Positions 42,404 through 51,617 of a stretch of 64,000 nucleotides of DNA are shown here, in pieces (the stretch's first letter is position 1; each line of letters starts with the position of its first letter). The position numbers and the translations under genes were made by a program. Below the pieces are notes generated by a model. The model ran no database searches, had not been told where the DNA came from, and saw only the letters and a list, made by a program, of their open reading frames with translations. Source of the stretch: a bacterium UBP13_UBA5359 (GTDB lineage Bacteria > UBP13 > UBA5359); assembly GCA_002410925.1 (NCBI GenBank), contig DHPR01000033.1, forward strand, positions 330,397 to 394,396. The letters are read 5' to 3'.

Positions 42404-44869
42404 CTATGCCTCTATCCCTATAGAAGGTACTTTAAATGCCGGTAAATCTATATTAAACATGGTAACCTCTTGATCTGACAAAAAGATATTCCCTCCGTGC
42501 TCACTGATAATTTTTCGACATATAGACAGCCCCAGGCCTGTCCCCCCCGGCTTGGTTGAGTAGAAAGGTGTAAAAACCTTCTGTTTTAATTCCGGAGAAA
42601 TCTTGTTGCCTGTATTGGCGATCATAATCCTGAACCACTTATTGCCATCCTTATCATAAGAAGCTATATCAATATTAAGGCTACCGCCATCAGGCATAGC
42701 CTCAATGCCATTAATAAGCAGATTAAGGAATAACTGCTTCATCTTTCCACCGTCGGCAAATACAAGAACGCCTCCCGGCGGATAATCTTTTTTTACCTCT
42801 ATCTGCCGCTCCTGTAACCTATTAGATAACAACAAAAGCATCTCGTCAAGAGGATCTTTAATATTAAGCGGCATCATCTCTGCTTGAGAGCGAGCAAAGC
42901 CAAGCAGCTGGGAAATCAGAATATCAATACGTTCAATCTCCTTGACAACCAGCTTTGAAAAGACCTCTCTAAACTCCTGATCATCGAATTTATCAGGCAG
43001 CAGCTGAGCAAAAGTTTTTATTGAAACCAGAGGATTCTTAATTTCATGTGCCAGGCCGGCTGCCAGCCCTCCGACGCATGCAAGCCTTTCTGCCTGATTA
43101 CGCTCCTCCTCAAGCGCTTTGATACGAGACAAATCACTGAATACAAGAATTACGCCCTCTATATCTTTTCGTATTCCTTTAAGAATGGTAGAGCTTACCA
43201 TCAAAGGAAGGCTCTCTTCATTCTGCGAAAGAGCAATCTCCAGATTGCTGCAGGTAACTCCTCTCTCCAGCGCATCGTCAACCTTCTCAGCTAGAACCGA
43301 GTTTATTTCATAAATATGGCGCCCTGTAAGATCATCCGTTTCCAACGCAAGTATACGAGCGGCAGCACGATTAAAGAGAACAGCCGCACCCTCCTTATCC
43401 ACGGTTATCACGCCGCTCTCCATGTTAGCTAATATGCTCTCGTTATAGTCACGAACACGGCGTACTTCCTCATACAATTGCGCGTTGTTTATGGCAGCTG
43501 CAGCCTGATTGGCCATAGCCATCAAAAGCCCCATATCTTCCATGGAATAAATATCCCCTGAAAGTTTCGGGCCAAGCACCATGACTGCGGAGAGATATCC
43601 ATCCAGGATAATTGGAACCGCTACGTCCACGCCTAACTTCGTCATTTCAGAGATTACACCCTCTATTCCCCGTTCAGAGGAGAGGCGTATAAGTTCCTCA
43701 CGCAGCATGACTTCTCTCTTTGAGGCAAGGTAGGCGGCAATTTGGCTGTCTCCGGAAAGCATCTCTCGAAGAGTGCCGGTTTCTTCCATAGGAGATCTGG
43801 CCAAGGCCATTCGGAAACCGCTATCTCTGCCGCTTTTTAAATAAAGATATACCTTTTCAGGATGCATAGTGCTATAGATTACATCGTAAATATAATCGGT
43901 CAGCTCCTCCAGACGCAACATGGATGTAAGCGAGCGGCTTGTTTCAAGCAATGTGCTGTTATAATCATATGCTTCCCTGTAAAAATACCTGTCAAATATG
44001 CTTTGCAGCCATACTCTTAGCGGCTGGAAACCGATAGCGACAATCAAAGCTATAAGAGACATGGTAGTAAGAGATGATAATCCTAACACGCCACGCATTA
44101 CTTTTTCACCATAAATTAGAAGAAAGATAAAGCTGGCAACGGCCAAGATGATGGAAAAAAAGTATACAAAGCTCTTTTTAATAACCAGACGGAGCTGCAA
44201 TAGCCTGTAGCGCACAATAGTATGAGTAATAAAAGCAAGCATTATGATACTGAAGGATGGTCCATATCCGGCGAAATACGAAGATTGGAATATCAATGGA
44301 AGAAGAAGATTAGTGTACGTGGTAATAAACAATGACACTGCTATTCCCAAAGTAAGGTACTGTATCTGCAGCCTCTCCACGCCTCTTGCCGTTTTATGTT
44401 TGGAATACAGATTTACAAGTGCCCAGGCAAAGCATATTGTAAAATAAACCGTATATAATGGAAGAAGTGGGCCCGGCCGATCCTGAACCCCCCAGGAATA
44501 TATATGTGCTCCGGCCATGATAGCCGGCGTAAAAGAGATGCCGCAGAAAATACAGCCCAAAACAAAAAATACTTTTATGTCGCTGGTAATCGCTAATTTT
44601 CTTCCCAAGGGAAAGACTCTTACGAACATAAGGCAGCTAACCGGAATCATGCCGGCGATAGCCAGAGCCATTCTCAACCATAGAAGAGCAGCGGCCTCGG
44701 ATTGAGCACTCTCTATAAAAAAGTTACTGAAAACCCAAGCGCTGACCAACAAAGCAAAGAGAGAGAAAAGGCGATTGACTGTTAACCGGGGATTCTTTGC
44801 CAGCACAAATATACTGAAAGCAGCATTGATGATTGCTGACAATAATAAAAGGATACACTTTATCTGCAT
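42404..44869 (-). CDS. Sensor histidine kinase, HisKA_7TM-like N-terminus plus GAF, PAS, HisKA, HATPase
   Basis: About 9 N-terminal TM helices (NPRLTVNRLFSL, AWVFSNF, IVRYRLL), AHEIKNPL, QLFLNLLINGIEAM, FYSTKPGGTGLGL. Confidence 0.88.
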   Translation of the reverse strand: MQIKCILLLLSAIINAAFSIFVLAKNPRLTVNRLFSLFALLVSAWVFSNFFIESAQSEAAALLWLRMALAIAGMIPVSCLMFVRVFPLGRKLAITSDIKVFFVLGCIFCGISFTPAIMAGAHIYSWGVQDRPGPLLPLYTVYFTICFAWALVNLYSKHKTARGVERLQIQYLTLGIAVSLFITTYTNLLLPLIFQSSYFAGYGPSFSIIMLAFITHTIVRYRLLQLRLVIKKSFVYFFSIILAVASFIFLLIYGEKVMRGVLGLSSLTTMSLIALIVAIGFQPLRVWLQSIFDRYFYREAYDYNSTLLETSRSLTSMLRLEELTDYIYDVIYSTMHPEKVYLYLKSGRDSGFRMALARSPMEETGTLREMLSGDSQIAAYLASKREVMLREELIRLSSERGIEGVISEMTKLGVDVAVPIILDGYLSAVMVLGPKLSGDIYSMEDMGLLMAMANQAAAAINNAQLYEEVRRVRDYNESILANMESGVITVDKEGAAVLFNRAAARILALETDDLTGRHIYEINSVLAEKVDDALERGVTCSNLEIALSQNEESLPLMVSSTILKGIRKDIEGVILVFSDLSRIKALEEERNQAERLACVGGLAAGLAHEIKNPLVSIKTFAQLLPDKFDDQEFREVFSKLVVKEIERIDILISQLLGFARSQAEMMPLNIKDPLDEMLLLLSNRLQERQIEVKKDYPPGGVLVFADGGKMKQLFLNLLINGIEAMPDGGSLNIDIASYDKDGNKWFRIMIANTGNKISPELKQKVFTPFYSTKPGGTGLGLSICRKIISEHGGNIFLSDQEVTMFNIDLPAFKVPSIGIEA

Positions 44870-46158
44870 TATCGGCAGCTCCGTTGTTTGCCATATTTTC
44901 CAAAGAGTAAGGCAGCATGGGTCCCACCTACGCTGGTGCCGTTCATCAGTGCATATCTGATCCGAACTTTTCTGGCGCCTTTTGTAACGTAATCAAGGTC
45001 ACAAAGAGGATCGGGAACCTCACAATTAATCGTTGGGGGTACTATGCCATGATATACGGATAATGCGGTGGAGGCAGCCTGCAGTGCACCTCCGGCAGCC
45101 AATGCCTGCCCTATCATTGAACGAATTGAATTGACAGGAATAGAGTACGCCCGTTCTCCCAGTATATACTTTATGGCATTGGTATCGGCGATATCACCGG
45201 CAGGAAATCCCGTGCCATGGGCATGAACATAATCGATATCATCTCCGGTTAGTTGCGCATGGGAAAGCACCTCGGCAAAGGCTTCCGCAATAGCTGCGCC
45301 TTCAGGGTCGGTATCCACCATATCCGATGCCTCTCCACAGGAAGCATATCCCAAAACTTCGGCATATATACGTGCGCCACGCATAAGAGCATGGTCCAAC
45401 TCTTCAAGGATAAGAGCAGCCCCTCCTTCGCTAAGAACCGCACCATCTCTTCCTGCGGCAAAAGGCCGTGATGCCTTGGCAGGATCGCCTTGAAAGGTGG
45501 TCAGAATACGGCTGGCGCACATAATTGAGAAGCCAAAAGCGGTTATCGGCGCTTCAGACGCACCGCAAACGACCATATCGGCACTATTATTTGTAATGGC
45601 TCTATAGCCCCAACCTACAGCTTCCAATCCTGTGCAACAACCCGCAGAGATTGAGCTGGCAGGCCCTTTCAATCCCAGTTCGATGCAGACATACGCCGTA
45701 GATGAATGAGAAGTAAGCTCTGTCCAGGCTGTCGGGCTTATGCCGCTGACACCTCGCTTTGAGAAAGCGGCATGTTCCCTATCGGCCATATATCCTGCCA
45801 TTGTGCTGCCAAAACATGCGCCGTAACGATATGAGTCCTTTTCCCGGAGAGGATAATCAGCATCACTGATCGCCATCTTGGCAGCAGCTACTGCAAACTG
45901 TGAAAAACGCTTCAGACGTCGAGTCTTCTTTGCCTCCATATAAGCCTTAGGATCAAAATCATTCACCTGGCCAGCTATCTTTATTGGATATGCCTTAGCA
46001 TCTAAACACGTAAGCGGTCCTATTCCGGATCGCCCCGCTTTGATTGCTTCCCAAAAGAGAGCCTTATTTGAGCCGTTTGGCGAAATAGCGCCTATGCCCG
46101 TAATTACAACACGGCGCGCGCGTGCCCTTCTCTCATACATGACCGATTGCCTTTTCAT
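44869..46158 (-). CDS. Stand-alone beta-ketoacyl synthase (FabF-like) with atypical active site
   Basis: RVVITGIG, SAGCCTG, SRPFAAGRDG, SEGG, HAHGTG, RSMIGQALAAGG, PPTIN. Confidence 0.88.
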   Translation of the reverse strand: MKRQSVMYERRARARRVVITGIGAISPNGSNKALFWEAIKAGRSGIGPLTCLDAKAYPIKIAGQVNDFDPKAYMEAKKTRRLKRFSQFAVAAAKMAISDADYPLREKDSYRYGACFGSTMAGYMADREHAAFSKRGVSGISPTAWTELTSHSSTAYVCIELGLKGPASSISAGCCTGLEAVGWGYRAITNNSADMVVCGASEAPITAFGFSIMCASRILTTFQGDPAKASRPFAAGRDGAVLSEGGAALILEELDHALMRGARIYAEVLGYASCGEASDMVDTDPEGAAIAEAFAEVLSHAQLTGDDIDYVHAHGTGFPAGDIADTNAIKYILGERAYSIPVNSIRSMIGQALAAGGALQAASTALSVYHGIVPPTINCEVPDPLCDLDYVTKGARKVRIRYALMNGTSVGGTHAALLFGKYGKQRSCR

Positions 46159-47779
46159 TGATTTTTTCTACCAAATCAGCAATAGCATCCTTTTCACCAA
46201 CATAGAACATACGCTTTATCTCTGAGGCGTATTTCGATGCTTCTATGTTCAATATGCGGCTGAGCAGCATAGATTCATCCGTCATATAAGTTGTCAGGTT
46301 GTTTCTCTCCAATTCAGCGACAAATTCTGCAGTTTCAGCCGTAAACGTCTTAAAATCCTTGCCGTCCACAGTGTATGGAAGCGGTTTCCAGAATTGTGGC
46401 GGATACATGGTCTTGATCTTATAGTCCATATTATCTTCGGCGTAATTCTTACCCAGATGAATATTATACTTCTCCGGATTTCTAGCCCAGCGGCTATGAG
46501 GATATATACCGGGAAAGTAGACCAGAACAGAGTCCGGGCGTACACGCAACAGCGTACGAATAGTCTCCATGCGGGTTATTTCATTATCGCCCGGGGCCGG
46601 ATATATAATACTGACAACGGTAATTATTCCCGCTTCTTTACTCTTCAGCAATACTGCTTCTATATCTTCCACAGTAGTATGCTTCTCCAGCGAGCCATCC
46701 AAGATAGTTTGACTGCAGGATTCTACACCGAAAAAGACGGCAGTTAACCCGGCTTGGCGGAGAAGTGAAAAATCGGTATTACGCATTGTATTAATATGGC
46801 TGAATGAAGTAAACATTATTTTCAGCTCTCGGCGCAATATCTCTACGGCTACTTCCTCCATTAGCTTGCCGGGAGTGAATTGACCGCCAAATCGAAATAA
46901 TTTTACACCGGTCTTTTTATAAGCGCGCTCCACCTCATCTACTATCCTGACAGCGGATTTCTTACGCCATTTGTTATCATCGCGAGAGCTTTGCGGGCAA
47001 AAGGGGCAGGTATAGATACATCCTCTGCTCTCATCCAGCACCATTACTTTGATTTTGCTGTTGCCTTTCATGGCCGGATATACACTCTCATCATATACCG
47101 GATAGGGCAGATCATTCAGGTTTTGCGGCCGTTGAACAGGATTGCTTACAATCCTGCCCTTATCTTTGTAGATGATATTGGGAATATCCTTCAGGCTCGT
47201 ATTGCTTTCAACAAGCCGAAGCAAGGCTTCCTCTCCCTCATCGCAGACCAGAGCATCAAATATATCCGTCTTTTGCAGAATCATCTCTCTGAAGAGATAG
47301 ACATGCGGGCCGCCGCCATAAATCCGTATATGGGGATGATCACGCCTGATTATCTCTGCCATTAATATAGACCCATAAAAGCCATCTCCATTCCAGAGCT
47401 TGAATCCAATGAAATCAGGGCGTTCCCTGCTGGTAAAAGCGGAAAGCTCCTCTGCCATAGCCGCTACTTCTCTATTGTGAAGTGCTGACAATGTGCCATC
47501 CAGCCTTTTAAGCTGTGTAAATCTGTATAACCGGCAAAGCCGGTTCCAAAGGCCACCATGCTCATTATCCGCTAATGCGTCATATATGCTTTCAAGCCTA
47601 TCTTTATAAAAAGCAGGCGTCAATCTATCGATTATTTCAACAGTGCCGTAATCCAAAATGGTAACCTCATGACCTGCATTCAGCAATGAACCTGCTAAGC
47701 TGGCCAGGCCATTATCAGGCATAAGGCTGCTGGGAGTGTATGGATAACCGGCATAACTAACAAGAAACCCTTTAGCCAC
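46133..47779 (-). CDS. Cobalamin-binding radical SAM enzyme
   Basis: B12-binding pattern PDFIGF...GGGPH...DEGE, SRGCIYTCPFC (CxxxCxxC), FFGVES. Confidence 0.9.
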   Translation of the reverse strand: MAKGFLVSYAGYPYTPSSLMPDNGLASLAGSLLNAGHEVTILDYGTVEIIDRLTPAFYKDRLESIYDALADNEHGGLWNRLCRLYRFTQLKRLDGTLSALHNREVAAMAEELSAFTSRERPDFIGFKLWNGDGFYGSILMAEIIRRDHPHIRIYGGGPHVYLFREMILQKTDIFDALVCDEGEEALLRLVESNTSLKDIPNIIYKDKGRIVSNPVQRPQNLNDLPYPVYDESVYPAMKGNSKIKVMVLDESRGCIYTCPFCPQSSRDDNKWRKKSAVRIVDEVERAYKKTGVKLFRFGGQFTPGKLMEEVAVEILRRELKIMFTSFSHINTMRNTDFSLLRQAGLTAVFFGVESCSQTILDGSLEKHTTVEDIEAVLLKSKEAGIITVVSIIYPAPGDNEITRMETIRTLLRVRPDSVLVYFPGIYPHSRWARNPEKYNIHLGKNYAEDNMDYKIKTMYPPQFWKPLPYTVDGKDFKTFTAETAEFVAELERNNLTTYMTDESMLLSRILNIEASKYASEIKRMFYVGEKDAIADLVEKINEKAIGHV

Positions 47780-47914
47780 TGCTACACCGCCTTTTTAAGC
47801 TACTGCTAATTTATTCGATGATACAAAGTATTTGTCCTGCATCATTAATACGCGCTGTAATTATCCGACATATCGACATATCGCTATGCCGCCAATTGAT
47901 TGGCAAAATCAAAC

Positions 47915-47952
47915 AAAAAAGAACCGGAGCGTTATTAAATATAATGCCCCGG
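47915..47952 (-). terminator. Intrinsic terminator after tRNA-Val
   Basis: Minus strand CCGGGGCATTAT-ATTTA-ATAACGCTCCGG followed by TTCTTTTTT. Confidence 0.7.
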
Positions 47953-47967
47953 CTCCGTGCTTTAAAA

Positions 47968-48043
47968 TGGTGCGCCGTAGTGGAATTGAACCACTGGCCT
48001 CTTGCGTGTCAAGCAAGCGATCTAACCGCTGATCTAACGGCGC
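47968..48043 (-). tRNA. tRNA-Val(GAC)
   Basis: 76 nt; GCGCCGT/ACGGCGC acceptor stem, CTTGC-TTGACAC-GCAAG anticodon arm, GTTCAATT T-loop, encoded CCA. Confidence 0.93.
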
Positions 48044-48071
48044 ATATCTGATTTTCAATCGAAGATGCCCT

Positions 48072-48145
48072 TGGTCACATCGTGGAATTGAACCACTGGC
48101 CTCTTATGTACCAGGCAAGAGATCTAACCTCTGAGCTAACCGCCC
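48072..48145 (-). pseudogene. Decayed tRNA related to the adjacent tRNA-Val
   Basis: Starts GGGCGGTTAGCTCAG and shares a 24-nt variable/T-arm stretch with tRNA-Val. The acceptor stem cannot pair, the anticodon stem has a mismatch and the loop reads GGT. Confidence 0.75.
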
Positions 48146-48159
48146 TCAATATTTATGGC

Positions 48160-49446
48160 CTATGCCGTTTCCTTATGACTCTTTTTCGCCTTCATATCCC
48201 TGATATAGACAATTTCAGGGTCTAATCTTCTTTCCACTACCTCAGCAGTTACCTTACACTGTTTTATATCTTTCTGAGAGGGTATCTCATACATTATATT
48301 GAGCATAACCTCTTCCAGTATCATCCTCAAGCCCCTGGCGCCGGTACCACGCGCCATTGCCTGTGTTGCAATAGCCGCTACCGCTTCCCTGGTAAAGGTC
48401 AGCTCTACCTCATCAAGAGAGAAGAATTTCTGATACTGCTTAATAAGGGCGTTCCTGGGCTCCGTCAGTATCCGTATCAGATCATTTACATCAAGCTGAT
48501 CCAATGTGGCCACAACGGGCAACCGGCCGATAAACTCGGGTATAAGGCCGAATTTCAACAGATCATCCGGCATCACTTTTGCAAGAATACGCCCTATAGA
48601 ACGCTCTTTCTTGCCCTCTATCTGCGCTCTGAACCCGATAGTTTGATTGCTGATTCTGGAAGTGATCATATCTTCCAGACCGTTGAAAGCGCCTCCGCAA
48701 ATAAAGAGTATATTCTGCGTATTTATCTGCAGATACTCCTGATGCGGATGCTTTCGGCCTCCCTGGGGAGGCACGCTGGCAATCGTTCCTTCGAGTATTT
48801 TCAAAAGAGCCTGCTGCACACCTTCACCGGAAACATCACGCGTTATAGATGGATTATCAGCTTTCTTGGCAATCTTATCAATCTCATCTATATAAATAAT
48901 GCCGCGTTCGGCTTTTCGGATATCATGCTCGGCAGCCTGTATAAGCCGTAACAGTATATTTTCAACATCTTCTCCCACATAGCCGGCCTCTGTCAAGGAG
49001 GTTGCATCGACTATGCAAAAGGGCACATCAATTATCCTGGCCAGCGTCTGTGCCAAGAGGGTCTTACCGGATCCTGTTGGCCCTATAAGCAGGATGTTGC
49101 TTTTCTGCAGCTCAACATCATCAACCTTGGCATTAACGCTTATTCTTTTATAGTGATTATAAACCGCTACCGCCAAGACCTTCTTGGCATTGGCCTGCCC
49201 AACTACATATTGATTCAGTATATCATAGATCTCCCTGGGCTTCGGGATATCGATAATTTCCTCCTCCGGGCTCTCGCCGATATCCTTGCAAAGCTCTTCC
49301 TCTATGATCTCATTGCATAATCCTATACATTCATCACATATATATACGCCCGGACCGGCAACAAGCTTTTTAACCTGCTCTCTGCTTTTACCGCAAAAAG
49401 AGCATTTCAATTGCATCTCATCATCTCCATCGATTAGCCTGTGCAT
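48160..49446 (-). CDS. clpX: ATP-dependent Clp protease ATP-binding subunit
   Basis: CSFCGK...ICDEC zinc finger, [19 protein letters not shown] loop; exact start uncertain. Confidence 0.97.
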   Translation of the reverse strand: MHRLIDGDDEMQLKCSFCGKSREQVKKLVAGPGVYICDECIGLCNEIIEEELCKDIGESPEEEIIDIPKPREIYDILNQYVVGQANAKKVLAVAVYNHYKRISVNAKVDDVELQKSNILLIGPTGSGKTLLAQTLARIIDVPFCIVDATSLTEAGYVGEDVENILLRLIQAAEHDIRKAERGIIYIDEIDKIAKKADNPSITRDVSGEGVQQALLKILEGTIASVPPQGGRKHPHQEYLQINTQNILFICGGAFNGLEDMITSRISNQTIGFRAQIEGKKERSIGRILAKVMPDDLLKFGLIPEFIGRLPVVATLDQLDVNDLIRILTEPRNALIKQYQKFFSLDEVELTFTREAVAAIATQAMARGTGARGLRMILEEVMLNIMYEIPSQKDIKQCKVTAEVVERRLDPEIVYIRDMKAKKSHKETA

Positions 49447-49469
49447 GCTTTTCAGCATTAAACATTATA

Positions 49470-50060
49470 CTATCTCTCAGCTCTGGTTGCAATCACCTTA
49501 TCTACAATGCCGTATTCCCTGGCGTCATCTGCGGACATAAAGAAATCTCTGTCCGTATCTTTCTCTATTCTGTCCAGCGGTTGTTTGGTATGCCTGACAA
49601 GAATATCGTTGAGTATAGCTCGTATGCGCAATATCTCTCTAGCCTGAATATCAATATCCGTTGCCTGACCCTGTGCTCCCCCAAGCGGTTGATGAATCAT
49701 AATACGCGCATAAGGTAACGCAAAACGCTTGCCGGCGGTACCCGCTGCAAGAAGCAGTGCCGCCATACTGGCAGCCTGTCCCATGCAAATAGTAGAAACA
49801 TCAGGTTTCACCAGCTGCATGGCATCATAGATAGCCAGACCGGCGCTGACGACACCACCTGGAGAGTTAATGTAAAAATCTATATCCTTATCAGGGTCTT
49901 CCTTCTCCAGGAATAAAAGCTGAGCAATAATTGTATTGGCTATATCATCAGAGATAGGCGTTCCAATGAAAATAATTCTGTCTTTAAGCAACCTAGAGTA
50001 TATATCATATGAACGCTCACCTCGGGCTGTCTGCTCAACAACAATAGGAACTAATGACAT
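49470..50060 (-). CDS. clpP: Clp protease proteolytic subunit
   Basis: [24 protein letters not shown]. Confidence 0.97.
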   Translation of the reverse strand: MSLVPIVVEQTARGERSYDIYSRLLKDRIIFIGTPISDDIANTIIAQLLFLEKEDPDKDIDFYINSPGGVVSAGLAIYDAMQLVKPDVSTICMGQAASMAALLLAAGTAGKRFALPYARIMIHQPLGGAQGQATDIDIQAREILRIRAILNDILVRHTKQPLDRIEKDTDRDFFMSADDAREYGIVDKVIATRAER

Positions 50061-51355
50061 CAGGCAACCTCCTTTATATTTGCATTTTTTAACAAGAGCT
50101 CTATCGCCTTATCCCTAAGAATACTCTCTTTTATAGCTGCTATCTGATCTTCGGTAGCCTTTTTGGCAAACTCTTCCGGTTTTTGCCCGTATCTACGCGC
50201 AATATCTTCCAGTGCACGGTCAATCTCTTCCTGAGGCGCCTCAAGCGCCTCAATCGCTGCGATGGTATCTAATGACAGCTCTGCCTTTATCTGGCTTTCA
50301 GCCTGCGGCTTGAGATCCTCACGCAAGGCCGCTTCATCTTTGCCGATCGCTTCCAGATAGCTTTGCAGCGAACTCTGCTGATACTGCAATCTTAAATTCA
50401 TATCCTTTAGCATGTGATCTATCTCATGCTCGATCATAACCTCCGGGATCTCAACCTGAGCTTTTTCTGCCGCCTGTTCAACTATATCAGCTCGCATTTT
50501 CTGCTCAACGTCGCTCTCGGCTTTAGCAAGCAAACGAGCTTTTAATTCTTCGCGAAATGATGCAACATCCTGGCTAGCACTGATCCTCTTTACCAGCTCA
50601 TCATCAATCTCCGGCAGTTTTCTCGCTCTCACCTCGTTTACCTTGATTTTAAAGACCGCCGTTTTACCTGCCACGTCAGCGCTATGATAATCCTCCGGGA
50701 AGGTAACGGTAGCCTGTCGTTCTTCCTCCGCGCGCGCGCCCATTAATGCCTCTTCGAATTCCGACATAAAACGACCGGCGCCCAGCTCCAGGGTAATTCC
50801 TTCGGCTTTACCGCCTTCAAAGGGAGCATCATCGATCATACCCTCAAAGTCAATTATTAGAACATCGCCCTTTGCAGCTTCGGCTTCATTATCAACATCA
50901 TATGTCGCCAATCGCTCCTGTAAAGAACTCAGCTCTTTTTCAACATCTTCGTCGGATATTTCAACTCTCTTCTTCTCTATATCTATTCCCTTGTATCCCT
51001 CTATTGTAACTTCGGGCTTCACAACTACTTCAGCGCTGAATATAAACGGCTTCTCTTCCTCAAACTGCCCGATATCGACAGATGGCTGGTCCACCGGCGA
51101 AAGCTCCGCCTGCTTGACCGCTTCCTTATAAACCTCCGGCAGCAATTTCTCCATGGCTTCTTCATATAGCACGCCTTTGCCTACATAAGCCTCCAGTATG
51201 CTACGTGGCGTTTTCCCCCTGCGGAAGCCGGGTATCCTTACCTGGCCTCGCACCTTGACGTAAGCATCGGCCACAGCCTTATTCACGCGCTCTGCTTCAA
51301 CCTCAACCGCAAGCTTTACCTTGCTCCCCTCAAGCTTATCCACTGTTACCTGCAT
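50060..51355 (-). CDS. tig: Trigger factor
   Basis: IPGFRRGK signature, FEGG FKBP domain, upstream of clpP. Confidence 0.95.
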   Translation of the reverse strand: MQVTVDKLEGSKVKLAVEVEAERVNKAVADAYVKVRGQVRIPGFRRGKTPRSILEAYVGKGVLYEEAMEKLLPEVYKEAVKQAELSPVDQPSVDIGQFEEEKPFIFSAEVVVKPEVTIEGYKGIDIEKKRVEISDEDVEKELSSLQERLATYDVDNEAEAAKGDVLIIDFEGMIDDAPFEGGKAEGITLELGAGRFMSEFEEALMGARAEEERQATVTFPEDYHSADVAGKTAVFKIKVNEVRARKLPEIDDELVKRISASQDVASFREELKARLLAKAESDVEQKMRADIVEQAAEKAQVEIPEVMIEHEIDHMLKDMNLRLQYQQSSLQSYLEAIGKDEAALREDLKPQAESQIKAELSLDTIAAIEALEAPQEEIDRALEDIARRYGQKPEEFAKKATEDQIAAIKESILRDKAIELLLKNANIKEVA

Positions 51356-51401
51356 TTATGCATCCTCCACCGACATCATGTCTCCGATCAACATGCAACC
51401 G

Positions 51402-51430
51402 ATTATAAATAATGTAGAGCACGCCGTCAA
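51402..51430 (-). promoter_or_regulatory. Sigma70-type promoter for tig-clpP-clpX
   Basis: TTGACG-17-TATAAT. Confidence 0.7.
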
Positions 51431-51495
51431 GAAGCCGTTCCATATGCCCAAAAATATAACCCTCTCAATAAATGAGCAGGGTCAGCATTGAAAAA

Positions 51496-51570
51496 TGGAG
51501 CGGAAGACGGGATTCGAACCCGCGACCCTCGCCTTGGCAAGGCGATGCTCTACCACTGAGCCACTTCCGC
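51496..51570 (-). tRNA. tRNA-Gly(GCC)
   Basis: 75 nt; GCGGAAG/CTTCCGC acceptor stem, TCGCC-TTGCCAA-GGCGA anticodon arm, GTTCGAAT, encoded CCA. Confidence 0.96.
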
Positions 51571-51589
51571 TCGCCATTTCTAACTTAGA

Positions 51590-51617
51590 ATTATATCATT
51601 GTGAGATACTATGTCAA
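51590..51617 (-). promoter_or_regulatory. Promoter for tRNA-Gly
   Basis: TTGACA-16-TATAAT with TGn extension. Confidence 0.7.

Noticed and set aside
44869-47779. Type II PKS/FAS, ladderane or aryl-polyene cluster, or RiPP locus
   Set aside because: No ACP, chain-length factor, reductase, dehydratase or precursor peptide is present; only one KS and one radical SAM gene.
48072-48145. Functional tRNA-Thr(GGT)
   Set aside because: The acceptor stem cannot pair and the body matches the neighbouring tRNA-Val, so it is treated as a pseudo-tRNA.
37000-48145. Integrative mobile element at tRNA-Val
   Set aside because: No integrase or transposase was seen, and no copy of the tRNA 3' end was found at the far (pfp) side of the operon.
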